DNA from: an uncultured delta proteobacterium
Lineage (GTDB): Bacteria > Desulfobacterota > BSN033 > UBA1163
Direction: 5' to 3'
Length of the DNA stretch: 64,000 nucleotides
Assembly: GCA_963827685.1 (NCBI GenBank)
Contig: CAWHBU010000004.1
Span: forward strand, 320,001 to 384,000
Below are positions 1 to 10,277 of the stretch, piece after piece; the first letter of the stretch is position 1; each line of letters opens with the position of its first letter. The position numbers and the translations under genes are program-made. The notes beneath the pieces were generated by a model, which saw only the letters and a program-made list of their open reading frames with translations, was not told where the DNA came from and ran no database searches.

Positions 1-948
1 GAGTATGAGCAGGATGAAAGGGAACAGGATGTAATGAATCGGCCCAATTCGCGTGAGAAAATGCTCCAACAAGGCCACAAAATAGGCGCCTACGATGGAC
101 CCGTAAATCTCCCCCCGCCCGCCTACCATTACGATCAACAGGATTTTCAACATAAATTGCAGAGGTAAATAGGTTACGCCGGCAAACGTTCCGAAGTAAT
201 GCGCGACAAACCATCCCGCAATCCCAATCATGACGGACGTCGTCGTGAAGGTGACGACCTTGTACCGGTTGATATTCAACCCCAACATGTTAGCCACGTT
301 TTCATTGTCATTGATGGCAGCAGCATACACCCCCCACCTTGACCTGAGCACTTTATCCACGACATATAAAAAGATCAGCATCAAGGCCAGAGACATCAGA
401 CAGCCTAAAAGATAATCCCGGCCGATATCCCCCACATCTATAATATGGGTGATGCCGCTGAGCCCGGTCTCCCCTCTGAATACCTTGTTAAAAATGTTCG
501 TAATTTCCACGAAGATCAAGGGCAGCAGCAAGGTGATCAATGAAAAATAAAGTCCCTTGGCAATGACGGTTAGGCGGCTGAGCAGCAAAGCAAAGAAAAG
601 GCTGACCAGGATTGTTAAAAGAAAGGTTTGCCATGGATTCCAGCCCCAGTATATGCTGGCCAGGGCCGTGGTAAAACCGCCAATGCCGACAAAGAATTGC
701 GGCCCGAAGTTCATTCTCCCGGTCCCGGTGATTTGCCAGCTCAAGGGGATGGCAATGCAAGCGTATATATTTGCCATTGTGACCAGCGATAAAAGATCCG
801 GTTTTCCGTTTAGCACGAGGGTCAACAACAGCAAAACAACAATCGCGATGATATGGTTTCTCCAGTATCGGGGTTCGATCGTCCATTCGAGCTTCAGATC
901 CCGGAGGCGAAAAACAAGGCGTGCTCTCTTATGCTGAATTTTTACCAT
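1..948 (-). CDS. livM: Branched-chain amino acid ABC transporter permease (LivM-like), 3' end runs off the window
   Basis: Absent from the ORF track; manual translation from ATG at 948: MVKIQHKRARLVFRLRDLKLEWTIEPRYWRNHIIAIVVLLLL...GTGRMNFGPQFFVGIGGF; hydrophobic; overlaps the livH stop. Confidence 0.8.
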   Translation of the reverse strand, partial: MVKIQHKRARLVFRLRDLKLEWTIEPRYWRNHIIAIVVLLLLTLVLNGKPDLLSLVTMANIYACIAIPLSWQITGTGRMNFGPQFFVGIGGFTTALASIYWGWNPWQTFLLTILVSLFFALLLSRLTVIAKGLYFSLITLLLPLIFVEITNIFNKVFRGETGLSGITHIIDVGDIGRDYLLGCLMSLALMLIFLYVVDKVLRSRWGVYAAAINDNENVANMLGLNINRYKVVTFTTTSVMIGIAGWFVAHYFGTFAGVTYLPLQFMLKILLIVMVGGRGEIYGSIVGAYFVALLEHFLTRIGPIHYILFPFILLIL

Positions 949-1817
949 AGCGATTCGCTCCGGCCTATCCCCTGGGGGCGGAAAATTAGAACCAGGAAAA
1001 CCATAACCAGCGGAGCTACATTTGCCAGGCGCGGGTTAATGGCAAAGGAAACCAGCGCAGCGACAAAACCCAATATATAAGCGGCGATAATGCTGCCTTT
1101 GAGATTGCCAAGGCCGCCGAGAATGGATACGAGGATAGCTGTCTGAAGTAACGACCAGCCCAGCGTCGGCTCTATCGAATATACAGGGGCGATGGTCAGC
1201 ATGCAGATCGTCGGCGGGATGACGGATAAAACCATGGCCAGAGCGTAGATCCTTTCCGTATTTGTACCCATCAACTTAGCGGACTTAATGTCCTGGCTTA
1301 CCGCCCTCATGAGCAGTCCGACCCTCGTTTTCAAGAAAAAGATAATGAATGCGGCGGTGGTCAATAAGGCGACCCCAGCAGCCACGAGCATTTGATTGGG
1401 TACGGAGGCCTTACCGATTTTAGTGATACCCGGCAATAGGCCCGTCGGGAGATCCACCCCGGCCGTCACCGGATAAAAATAATTAGCGGTCTCTTCTCCA
1501 ATCATGGCTACGAGCAGAAGCGCCGTTAAGAGTATTTCTTCTTTTTCCAGATAGCGTCTGACGATGGGATAATAAACGATCAGCAGAGTAAAGAGACATT
1601 GGAAAGCACACATGGCAAGGATTGCCCACCACAGTTTAAATCCCAGCTCTTGCATAAACATCCAGGTGACATAGACGGTCACCACAAAGGCGATGCCGTA
1701 TCCCAGGTGAAAAACCCGCAATACGCCGCATATCAGAGAAAACCCGAGGGACTCCAGGAGATAGAGAGACCCCAGGATAAAGGTATAGATTAGGATGGTG
1801 CTGATCGTATCAGGCAT
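942..1817 (-). CDS. livH: Branched-chain amino acid ABC transporter permease (LivH-like)
   Basis: SLGFSLICGVLRVFHLGYG, KTRVGLLMRAVSQD..AKLMG, LGGLGNLKG motifs; start placed at MPDTIS. Confidence 0.85.
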   Translation of the reverse strand: MPDTISTILIYTFILGSLYLLESLGFSLICGVLRVFHLGYGIAFVVTVYVTWMFMQELGFKLWWAILAMCAFQCLFTLLIVYYPIVRRYLEKEEILLTALLLVAMIGEETANYFYPVTAGVDLPTGLLPGITKIGKASVPNQMLVAAGVALLTTAAFIIFFLKTRVGLLMRAVSQDIKSAKLMGTNTERIYALAMVLSVIPPTICMLTIAPVYSIEPTLGWSLLQTAILVSILGGLGNLKGSIIAAYILGFVAALVSFAINPRLANVAPLVMVFLVLIFRPQGIGRSESLW

Positions 1818-1931
1818 GAAATACCACTCTTCTAAATTCTGGTGGCAGCGCAACAACCGGGGCTCAATAATTCAAATGGACCCCGGAGTAAGTTCTCCTG
1901 GTGTCCCCCGGGGTCCGGCATAATCGGGCGA

Positions 1932-3254
1932 TTATTTTGCTGTTTTTGCTCGCAGCTCCTTGACGCGAATAAACCCATTTTTTGGGTTAACCTTTTGGAC
2001 GATGCCGGGAGGGAATACCGCTACCACTTTTCCGTTCTCCTGGAATTGTCCATACTGATAAGGCATATAGGGTGGATAACCGGTCATTGGATCATGACAC
2101 TTGTTAAATTTCCATGTCCAGCAAATGCGCTGCATTTGAACGGTTTCCAGAGCTTTAATAATGGCATCGAAATTGCTCGCTGTCTTCACGCTCTCCGCAG
2201 CAGCCTTAAAAATCCAGGGGCTGTCATAGGAAGGGTACGTCGAGTTCATCATGCCCGCGCCCTTTGCTCTCAGCTTGGTTAAAAAGGGAAGCGTCTTATC
2301 GGTAAACGGCACACTGATCTCGGGGTCAAGTGTAACCGCGCCCAGCGCTGCCCCGCCGGTCATTTTCCAGAAAGCGGCATAACAGGGAGCACCGGCCATA
2401 AAAACTATGTCGATGTCCTTGGCTGCTGATTGGGCCCACTGCTTGGCCAGCGTTACTGTATCTGTATAAGCGGTGATCCAGTAAATTGTATCTGCACCCT
2501 TGGCCGCAATTTCCTCCAAAATCGGGAGGAACATCTTTTCCTTTATGGAGTTCTGGCCGGTGTAAACGACATCGAGTCCCTTTGATCTGAAGAATTCAGG
2601 CAAGGAAGGCGTTTTCCCCGGAATTCCTTCTACCAATGGTTTGGCGAAGGCCATATCCTCAGCCATAAAAGCAAGTTTTTTGGTTCCAATGACTTTTGTC
2701 CATAACTCCCAGCTCTTTATGTTCGGATCGTAATGCCCTCCCCCTTTTTCAAAGGGTCTAAAGAAGAACTTGTATTTTTCATAATTGGCGCAAACCATAT
2801 ACGTCGGCTCATCATGGGCTACGAAGACGCCGAACATGATATGCGGGTATTGCTTATATAATTCGGCCCCCAATTCCATACATGAAAAAATAGGCTCAGT
2901 CGACTCCACGACTACTAAAGCACATCTATCGGTCATGACCAGCTTTTTATAAGCCGCTACAACAAGAGGGATCTCGCCCTTGGAATCCTCGATAGTCAGC
3001 TGAACCGGCCTTCCCAGGATCCCACCTTCTGCATTCAAGTCATCTACGCTAATTTCCAGTGCGGTTTTGTTGCTCAATCCCCAAGGAGCAGATAAACGGC
3101 CAATGAATCCAATTTTAATCGGCCCCTTTCCCTCTCCGGCAGCTACTTTGCCCGGTGTTGGTTTCTCAGGTGCCGCCTGCGATGCACCTCCGGCGACAAC
3201 AAACACGACCACGATTACGAATAATGCCAGCGTAAAGATACTTTTAGTCTTCAT
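1932..3254 (-). CDS. ABC transporter substrate-binding protein (LivJ/K-type periplasmic binding fold)
   Basis: Signal peptide, GPIKIGFI, LNAEGGILGRPVQLTIEDS motif; GGAGG RBS before MKTKSIF. Confidence 0.85.
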   Translation of the reverse strand: MKTKSIFTLALFVIVVVFVVAGGASQAAPEKPTPGKVAAGEGKGPIKIGFIGRLSAPWGLSNKTALEISVDDLNAEGGILGRPVQLTIEDSKGEIPLVVAAYKKLVMTDRCALVVVESTEPIFSCMELGAELYKQYPHIMFGVFVAHDEPTYMVCANYEKYKFFFRPFEKGGGHYDPNIKSWELWTKVIGTKKLAFMAEDMAFAKPLVEGIPGKTPSLPEFFRSKGLDVVYTGQNSIKEKMFLPILEEIAAKGADTIYWITAYTDTVTLAKQWAQSAAKDIDIVFMAGAPCYAAFWKMTGGAALGAVTLDPEISVPFTDKTLPFLTKLRAKGAGMMNSTYPSYDSPWIFKAAAESVKTASNFDAIIKALETVQMQRICWTWKFNKCHDPMTGYPPYMPYQYGQFQENGKVVAVFPPGIVQKVNPKNGFIRVKELRAKTAK

Positions 3255-3478
3255 GGCTACCTCCTTTTCTATTTTTGTTATGTTGATCAATAATTGTTGT
3301 CTCGCAATGGAGTGTGTTAGCACTCCGACGAAGTGTATCTGTATTTGTCTTTACTCTCATTAGGAGGGTCTGTAGATCTCCAAAATTTAAGCTGACCTTT
3401 TCTATTTTTATTCTTGCTGGCTGGGGTGCTTCCATCTCTTCCTTCCCCGAGTGCCGCTTCTGCGTTCTGAAAGAAGGC

Positions 3479-4075
3479 CTATGATGGGTTCTTGAAAATT
3501 CCGTTAAAAATAATCCGGATATTCTGGTCAATGATTTCCTCCAGGCCCAGCCCGGCATTCTCCCTGAACCAGTACCCCAGCCAGTGGCTCATGGAGATGA
3601 TTAAGAAAGAGATTACGCTGGGGTTCTTCTTTTTATCGATATGGGGGATTTTCTTGAGCTCATTTTTGAGCAAGTGAAAAATCGCCTGCTCTCTTTTGTA
3701 CAGATCTCTCTTATTCTTCCCCGTCAACTGGTGCCGTTCGCGCAGGACCAACAGGCGGACTTCTTTATTTTGATTCAGATGATTGGCATAGGTGCGGATC
3801 AATTCCTGAAAGGCCTGTTTGGCATCGAGGCCTTTCGCTTGACTTTCTTTTATCTTCTCCTTCAGCACCCGCAAAAAGAGGTCCGTACGCTGGATTAATA
3901 GCAAAGCAAGAATATCTTCCTTAGTTTTAAAGTAGTGATAAACCCCGGCTTTGCTCATTTTGGCTTTCCGGGCCACATCCCGTAGTGAGGCGGCCTGATA
4001 ACCCTTTTCACAAAATACGATAGCCGCAGTATTGGCCAGGTATTCCTTCCTTTCGTCCAAGCTCAGTCTAAACAA
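3479..4075 (-). CDS. TetR/AcrR family transcriptional regulator
   Basis: FCEKGYQAASLRDVARKAKMSKAGVYHYFKTKEDIL helix-turn-helix. Confidence 0.92.
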   Translation of the reverse strand: MFRLSLDERKEYLANTAAIVFCEKGYQAASLRDVARKAKMSKAGVYHYFKTKEDILALLLIQRTDLFLRVLKEKIKESQAKGLDAKQAFQELIRTYANHLNQNKEVRLLVLRERHQLTGKNKRDLYKREQAIFHLLKNELKKIPHIDKKKNPSVISFLIISMSHWLGYWFRENAGLGLEEIIDQNIRIIFNGIFKNPS

Positions 4076-4116
4076 GAATCTGATCCTTTCGTTGAAGAAG
4101 TGGTGCAGGACGGTTT

Positions 4117-4181
4117 CTGACCGGCTGACCGGTTTCTCGACCCCCTGGCCGCAATATTAACAGATCAAATTTTTCCGTCAA
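4117..4181 (-). promoter_or_regulatory. Putative sigma70 promoter of tetR with a downstream palindromic operator
   Basis: Minus strand TTGACG-N16-TAATAT with extended TG; ACCGG-CTGA-CCGGT palindrome at about 4120-4133. Confidence 0.4.
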
Positions 4182-4202
4182 GAACTTTTTAGATGCCTCT
4201 GC

Positions 4203-4360
4203 AGTTCAGACACTGGACTTCAGACTTTAGACACCAGACTTCTCTTTTTCGTGAGAGCGCAAGTCGTGAGTCGTTAGGGGTTACACCTTGAGCCCCACGA
4301 CTGACGCCTTGCGATAAAAAGTTCAGTCTGATGTCTGGAGTCTGTGGTCTAATATCTGAA
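4203..4360. repeat. Nested inverted arrays of degenerate 7-mer tandem repeats
   Basis: TTCAGAC/ACTGGAC/TTCAGAC/TTTAGAC/ACCAGAC paired with GTCTGAT/GTCTGGA/GTCTGTG/GTCTAAT; inner GCAAGTC/GTGAGTC paired with GACTGAC/GCCTTGC. Confidence 0.75.
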
Positions 4361-4610
4361 TCACAGATATTTCCTTAACCCGGTAAATATTCCCGATATT
4401 TCTGGGATTTACTTTTTCTCTCCTCTTTCGTCCGCAGAAAATAGTCTTTGGACGGCGCAATATGATAGGTATAATGATTGTACGACACCTCCGGCCGAAA
4501 CCGACTGTCCGCCCAAGCTTTCTTCTCAAATGTCACGCGGATCTTCCCACCGGCCATACTCAGCTTTCCCCGAACCCCATACGTGGGACATTCAACTCCT
4601 GAAATGAATT

Positions 4611-4904
4611 CTATTTGGTATTATCCTTTCTCTTTTCAGCAATTTTATTTCTTATTGCATAGAAAGGTAGAAGAATAATAAAGGATAAACCTGCCCACGA
4701 AAACATCATCCTTACTGCCCTGAGAGCGTCTTCCGCGGACAGGATCATATCCATCTGCATGGTTCCCAGTGCCTTGCCATCCATGACCAGCTTATCGCCC
4801 AGGCGTTTAATGGAATGAATCGACGCAGCCTCATCACCGATTTCGTTGCGTATGGTCACAACATTTTTCATATAGTCGTGATCGAGAATCTTCCCTTTTT
4901 TCAA
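4611..4904 (-). CDS. Small hypothetical protein with hydrophobic C-terminal helix
   Basis: ORF directly downstream of the oxidoreductase, same strand. Confidence 0.6.
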   Translation of the reverse strand: MKKGKILDHDYMKNVVTIRNEIGDEAASIHSIKRLGDKLVMDGKALGTMQMDMILSAEDALRAVRMMFSWAGLSFIILLPFYAIRNKIAEKRKDNTK

Positions 4905-4929
4905 CTAAGTTGTTCTATTCTAATAGCGA

Positions 4930-6474
4930 TCAGCGGAAGACCGGCGGCAGGAGCTGCAAATAGTCCTTACCGGTTATGGCGCTCGCACAAATAAAACCGG
5001 AGTGGGTAGCGCCCTCGACACCCCCTTCATTAAGGCGCTTCCCGTAAGTATCACCCGCAAAATAGAGTCCCTCAACAGTAGGGCATTTCACATCCACCCA
5101 TTCATCCTCCGGGTGTCTCCACAGGATACAGGTATCTCCAACGGTAAAGAACATCCAATCAAGCGATTTTCGCCAGCCCGGGAATGCAGTATCCGCAAAC
5201 TTCAACATCCTGTCGATCACAATATCTACTTTCTTTTTATCGTGCGCTTCAGTAGCCAGGATACTGCTGGCCATACCCGCCAGGTGCTTGCCTTCGGGGG
5301 CAGTGGTGGGCGCCATGGCAGACATAGCCACGACGTCGAGCGGGACATTGCCCCTGAACAGCCCTTCGCTCTCGGGAATCAACCAGGAAGTATGGTAGAA
5401 AGACCTGGGGTCCACCTCAAGCTCGCAGAAATGGCTCAGCGGTTTAGTCATGCCGAACTGGCCGGCAACCATAGAAGTATGTATTATCTTTTTAGTTAAT
5501 CTGACAAAATCCGCCGCCAACAATTTCTCCGGTATGAGCTTTAGCAATGCCTTTGGCGGGGCCGTGCAGACGACCACCGGCGATTTTATTTCCATGGCTT
5601 TGGCATCCATTTCAGCGACAACGCCGGTAGCTTTTCCATTCTGAATGATAACCTCTTTGACCTTGGCATTTGTAACTATCTCGCCTTCAGCGTCTTTGAC
5701 CGCGGTAGCAAAACCCTCTGTAATGAAACGATGCCCAGGTGCCCCGGCGAAAGCCCAGGAACCATTGGTTATATGCACCCCAGTCTCCATGACCTGTAAG
5801 AATACTTTCAGGTTTTCTCCGGCAGCGTTTAGTACCGGGTCATTAATGATCGTCTGGAAAGTCCCCATGGCATAGTGGAATTCCTGGGCCAGTTCACTTT
5901 TCGTTATCCCTTCTACCCAGTCCTTCAAGGTCACATGGTCAAGCTTTTCGGCCTCCGCTATCGTGCGAACCTGAAACTTGTGCTTATGGACCTTCACCAT
6001 CTCGGTGTAATCTTCATCGCTCATCCAGCCGTACTTCGCTCTTCTGCCCACGATATAAGGCTTCCAGTCATGGTCATACCAGACAAAGCCTGTATTCGGA
6101 TAGAAAATCGAGGCCTTGTTAAACAGTGCCAGGGCTTGGCTCACGCGCCCTCGGTTGGTGTACCAGGCACCCCTTCCACCCGCTTCGAGGACATATCCAT
6201 TAAGCATCTTCTTCTTTATCAGCGTGGGAAGATCAGGCTCAGTCCTATCACTAACCCAGGAGTGCGCAGATTGCGCGAGCGTTTTACGGAACTCGTCGGC
6301 ATCTATAATACCTTCTCCGCGGAATGATGTAGCACGCCCACCAATCTGCGACGAAGCCTCAAGGATGAGAACCTTCTTGTGTTCCATATTTGATAGTATG
6401 GCACCGACAACCGAGCCGGCGATCCCGCAGCCGATGACGATCACATCGTAGCTATTCGAAATTCTCGAAGACAT
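4930..6474 (-). CDS. FAD-dependent oxidoreductase (phytoene dehydrogenase-like)
   Basis: YDVIVIGCGIAG Rossmann motif, QIGGRA, APEGKHL, C-terminal GLYFAGD. Confidence 0.85.
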   Translation of the reverse strand: MSSRISNSYDVIVIGCGIAGSVVGAILSNMEHKKVLILEASSQIGGRATSFRGEGIIDADEFRKTLAQSAHSWVSDRTEPDLPTLIKKKMLNGYVLEAGGRGAWYTNRGRVSQALALFNKASIFYPNTGFVWYDHDWKPYIVGRRAKYGWMSDEDYTEMVKVHKHKFQVRTIAEAEKLDHVTLKDWVEGITKSELAQEFHYAMGTFQTIINDPVLNAAGENLKVFLQVMETGVHITNGSWAFAGAPGHRFITEGFATAVKDAEGEIVTNAKVKEVIIQNGKATGVVAEMDAKAMEIKSPVVVCTAPPKALLKLIPEKLLAADFVRLTKKIIHTSMVAGQFGMTKPLSHFCELEVDPRSFYHTSWLIPESEGLFRGNVPLDVVAMSAMAPTTAPEGKHLAGMASSILATEAHDKKKVDIVIDRMLKFADTAFPGWRKSLDWMFFTVGDTCILWRHPEDEWVDVKCPTVEGLYFAGDTYGKRLNEGGVEGATHSGFICASAITGKDYLQLLPPVFR

Positions 6475-6666
6475 ATTTCCTCCTAATTCTTTTTCGCAGC
6501 CTTATGACCAAACACTATTTCCCCATTACGGTTTTAGGAATGGTCCGATCATTTTTAATAAATTGAACGTTATGAGTACAGAAGATTTTTCCGTGCCCTC
6601 TGCGGTTTGATAGGTTCTCATGGTTCCCGTAAGCGAGTTGGAAGGGCGAACCTTTTCGCAAACAAA

Positions 6667-8229
6667 TCAATACTTAGTCGGCCAGTTGGCCAGCCGGTGT
6701 TGGCTAACACCGCCCGTTCGCCGGTCCTGGCAGATCTGCAGGGCCCGGATAATGTAATTTCGAGTATCCTTGGGGTCGATCACGTCATGAATATAATGCA
6801 TTCCAGCAGCTGGATATGGGGCGCTGTCTTTGATCATCTGCTCCACGAACTGTTCCTTCTGGGCAATGAGCTCCGGCGAATTTTGCATTTTCCCCGCGAA
6901 GACGACGTTGGCGGCGATCTCCGGGGCCACGAAGCTCATCTCGGCGGTGGGCCAGGCCACCAGGAAATCTGTGGCGCATCCCGAACCCGACATGTTCCAG
7001 AAGGCCATGCCATAGGATTTGCGGACGATGATGGAAATTTTCGGGACCGTGATTTGTCCCAGAGCATTCATATAATTCATCACCCGCGCACCGACCCGGT
7101 TTCGCTCGGCCTCCCGGCCCACGAGAAATCCCGGGGTGTCATGGAAAAATAGCAGGGGGATGTTGAAAGAATCGCAGAGGACCAGAAAGCTGATCACCTT
7201 GTCGATCCCGTTCGTGTCCATGGCGCCGGCGTTGGAAAAGGGCTGGTTGGCCACGATGCCCACAACCTCACCGCCAATGCGCGCCAGGGAGGTGATGACG
7301 CTCTTGCCGAAGAGCGGCTTCAGGGGAAAGAGCGTTCCCCCATCCACGATCCTTTGAAGGATTTTATTCATGTCGTAAACTCGATTCCGCTTTTCGGGGA
7401 GCAGTTCCAAGATACGGTCCATGCCGCTTCCCGAATCTTCGGGGACTGATTTGGTCGGTGGCCGTTCATCGCAATGGGAAGGCATGTAGGAGAGGAATTT
7501 GCGGATGATGGCAAAACATTCTTCCTCGTTTTCCGCCACCCGGTCGGAGTTGCCGGTGATCTCCGCATGCACTTTCCAGCCGCCGAGCTCTTCGTCCGTG
7601 AGGTGTTCACTGATGGCCAGCTCGAGTACCCGGGGGCCAGAAACTCCCATGGCGCTCCCCTTCACCTGGACGACGAAATCTGACAGGCAGGCCATCCAGG
7701 TGGGCATGCCATAGCACTCTCCCATAATGGCGGTCACCATGGGAGATTTGCGTACGCGGCTCATGATCTGCAGAAAGGTATCATGTCCTCCGCCCCCAAT
7801 GGAAGCTAAACCCTTGGAGCCCATGATGTCTGGCATGCGGGCCCCTCCAGCCTCTCCCAGGTAGATGAGCGGAAACCCTCTGCGTGCGGCGCCCAGCTTG
7901 ACATCCCCTTCCTTACGCCCTGCCACCCGGCTGGAAGTGGCTGCCAGGACAGTGAAATCATTGGCTACCACTGCCACGGTCCGGCCGTCGATTTTTCCGT
8001 ATCCCGCAATCTTGCTGTCAGCCGGGGTCTTCTCCTCCATGCCGGGCACATCCGAGCAATTGAGCATACCCGTTTCGAAAAAACTGCCGGGGTCCAGAAG
8101 ACGACTGATCCGTTCGCGGGCCGTAAGCTTTCCCTGATCATGGTGGCGCTTCACTTTTTCCGGCCCGCCCATTTGCAGCGCCTTTTCCCTGCGATGTTTT
8201 AACTCTTCTAACTCCTTCTCAAATGGCAT
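6667..8229 (-). CDS. Acyl-CoA carboxylase carboxyltransferase subunit
   Basis: GKLTARERISRLLDPGSF, GGARMPD, DTPGFLVG motifs. Confidence 0.92.
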   Translation of the reverse strand: MPFEKELEELKHRREKALQMGGPEKVKRHHDQGKLTARERISRLLDPGSFFETGMLNCSDVPGMEEKTPADSKIAGYGKIDGRTVAVVANDFTVLAATSSRVAGRKEGDVKLGAARRGFPLIYLGEAGGARMPDIMGSKGLASIGGGGHDTFLQIMSRVRKSPMVTAIMGECYGMPTWMACLSDFVVQVKGSAMGVSGPRVLELAISEHLTDEELGGWKVHAEITGNSDRVAENEEECFAIIRKFLSYMPSHCDERPPTKSVPEDSGSGMDRILELLPEKRNRVYDMNKILQRIVDGGTLFPLKPLFGKSVITSLARIGGEVVGIVANQPFSNAGAMDTNGIDKVISFLVLCDSFNIPLLFFHDTPGFLVGREAERNRVGARVMNYMNALGQITVPKISIIVRKSYGMAFWNMSGSGCATDFLVAWPTAEMSFVAPEIAANVVFAGKMQNSPELIAQKEQFVEQMIKDSAPYPAAGMHYIHDVIDPKDTRNYIIRALQICQDRRTGGVSQHRLANWPTKY

Positions 8230-8458
8230 CCTGTCTCCTATTGCTCATCTCTTGATAAGAGGGAGCACCGCCGCCAGGCCGTAAACAGAACGTGCAACTT
8301 GTAACCCCTATGTTGCAACTCCCAGGACCAAAATCCCTTCGTCCAGTTGGCCACAAGACGCAGAGTGCTTTTTCCCTGCGTCTATGCAGATCGTCTATGA
8401 GGTTTTTTACGGGCGCCCTGCGCAATGGTTACGAATGTTGGCAAACCGAACCAGGGCA

Positions 8459-9211
8459 TTATATCGTAGACCCACCATCGATGGCGATCACCTGCCCTGT
8501 TACATAACTCGACGCGTCCGAGGCCAGGTAAATAATGGCCCCCACCATCTCCTCGGGTTCGGCTGGCCGCGCCAACGGAGTTCTGCTCATTGCCATATTA
8601 AGGATGTCCGGGTTTTTCCAAAGAGCTTCGCTGAAGCGAGTTTTGGTTAAGCCGGGGGCGATGGCGTTTACCCGGATATTGTATTGAGCCCATTGCTGAG
8701 CCATCACCTTTGTGGCCATAATCACGGCAGCTTTGCTTATGGAGTAAACGGGCAATATGTCAGGGGTAATTCCAGCGACCGAAGAAACATTGATAATTTT
8801 GCCTCCACCTTTTTCCTTCATCACCCTGGCCACCGCCTGACTCAAGAAGAATAGCCCCTTCAGATTCAGGTTCATAATTGAATCCCAGGCGCGATCGTCT
8901 ATGTCTATAGCCGATGCCATCGTGGGATTCGTGGCGGCGTTGTTCACCAAGATGTCGATCTTCCCGAACTCCTCCAAGACTCTCTTAACGAGATTATTGA
9001 TTTCTTCCACCTTGCCTACATGGGCCGGTACGGGCAGGCATTTCCTTCCCGTTTTCTTTATTTCTTCTGCTACCTTTTCTAAGTCGGGGAGTTTCCGGCT
9101 GGCAATGGCAACGTCGGCACCGGCCTGGGCCAATCCGATCGCTGTCACTTGACCAATCCCCCGACTGGCTCCGGTGATGAGGACAACCTTGCTCTTTAAA
9201 GAGAATTCCAT
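8459..9211 (-). CDS. Short-chain dehydrogenase/reductase (SDR)
   Basis: TGASRGIG, NNAA, YSISK catalytic motif. Confidence 0.93.
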   Translation of the reverse strand: MEFSLKSKVVLITGASRGIGQVTAIGLAQAGADVAIASRKLPDLEKVAEEIKKTGRKCLPVPAHVGKVEEINNLVKRVLEEFGKIDILVNNAATNPTMASAIDIDDRAWDSIMNLNLKGLFFLSQAVARVMKEKGGGKIINVSSVAGITPDILPVYSISKAAVIMATKVMAQQWAQYNIRVNAIAPGLTKTRFSEALWKNPDILNMAMSRTPLARPAEPEEMVGAIIYLASDASSYVTGQVIAIDGGSTI

Positions 9212-9338
9212 TCTTTGTTACCTCCTGTGGGTGATGAGATTTCTGGACTTCTCAATGTGAAAGTCATTTCTAACTTTTCTCCGAAAAGCGTAATATGGTA
9301 TTGGCATACGCAGTTTAAAGAAGAAACCTATCAAGACT

Positions 9339-9395
9339 TCAGAATTTTGTCGGGCAATTGGCCAGCCGGTGTTGCTTAATACTACCCCTGGGCCG
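9339..9395 (-). pseudogene. Remnant 3' end of a second carboxyltransferase gene
   Basis: Translates RPRGSIKQHRLANCPTKF*, compared with RRTGGVSQHRLANWPTKY* at 6667-6723. Confidence 0.6.
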
Positions 9396-9581
9396 AATGA
9401 TAAGAACTCGTTTTGATTGGATTGAATATAAGAAAAACGGAGTTGTCTGTCAAGCAACAAGGGGACTCTTTTTCCCTTGACTTGAGCATCCCCTTTGTCA
9501 GGATCTTTAGTAACCCATTTCGGCAGAACTTCCCGATCCTTGCTTCACCCTCAATCATTCAAAGAATGAAGGATCGTTTGC

Positions 9582-10277
9582 TCACTTCGGCTTAAGAGGT
9601 TCTGTATCCTTGAAGATCACATCGGTGAGTCCCACATTGACCTGGTAATTCGAATAGGTAATTTCAACCTTGCCGGTAATGGTCTTGGTCTTCTGCCCAA
9701 ACTGTGTGAATTCTTTCATCCCACTTGGTTCCTCAGAGGGCATGTCAAGCTGGAGGTTAATATGTGTCGGGAGCTCAAAATTACCAAACATTCCATATTC
9801 AATCGTGGCTTTGACCTCCCTTCCTTCGGATGGTGACATTCTAATTTCTATGATCAGGTTGCGGTCCGTGTCTATCGTCAATACAAATCCCTTGCGATAG
9901 GTGTCTGCATCCATCGGAGTGAGTTTCAGTCTGATTGCCTTTCTACCATTATAGATCAGGCAGTCTACCAGTCTAATATCGAAATCCTTCTTTTTGAATA
10001 GAGAGGGATTGAAATAAGCGCCCTCCTTAGGAAGGAAGAAGATCCTTTTGGACTCCACTTTTATTTTATCGGGAGCCTTATAATAAAGCCTGGCTTGCAT
10101 ATCCGGTGCTTTGAGAGCTTCAATGTCAAAATGCACGTTCACGTCAGCCGTGTAATCCTTCAACCCGGAATATTTGTTTTCTATTGAATCGAGATAGCGA
10201 GAGGCATCTTCCTGGGCTTGAATCAATTCAGTTGAAAGAAGAAAAAGGATCCCCGCCAAAAATAAAAGTTTTTTCAA
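9582..10277 (-). CDS. Exported protein, LolA/outer-membrane lipoprotein-sorting-like
   Basis: Signal peptide; YSGLKDYTAD and YYKAPDKIKVE motifs; follows an ABC permease. Confidence 0.65.
   Translation of the reverse strand: MKKLLFLAGILFLLSTELIQAQEDASRYLDSIENKYSGLKDYTADVNVHFDIEALKAPDMQARLYYKAPDKIKVESKRIFFLPKEGAYFNPSLFKKKDFDIRLVDCLIYNGRKAIRLKLTPMDADTYRKGFVLTIDTDRNLIIEIRMSPSEGREVKATIEYGMFGNFELPTHINLQLDMPSEEPSGMKEFTQFGQKTKTITGKVEITYSNYQVNVGLTDVIFKDTEPLKPK

Noticed and set aside
5002-8650. Numerous antisense or overlapping ORFs here and across the window
   Set aside because: They are shadows of well-supported genes and lack motifs or RBS
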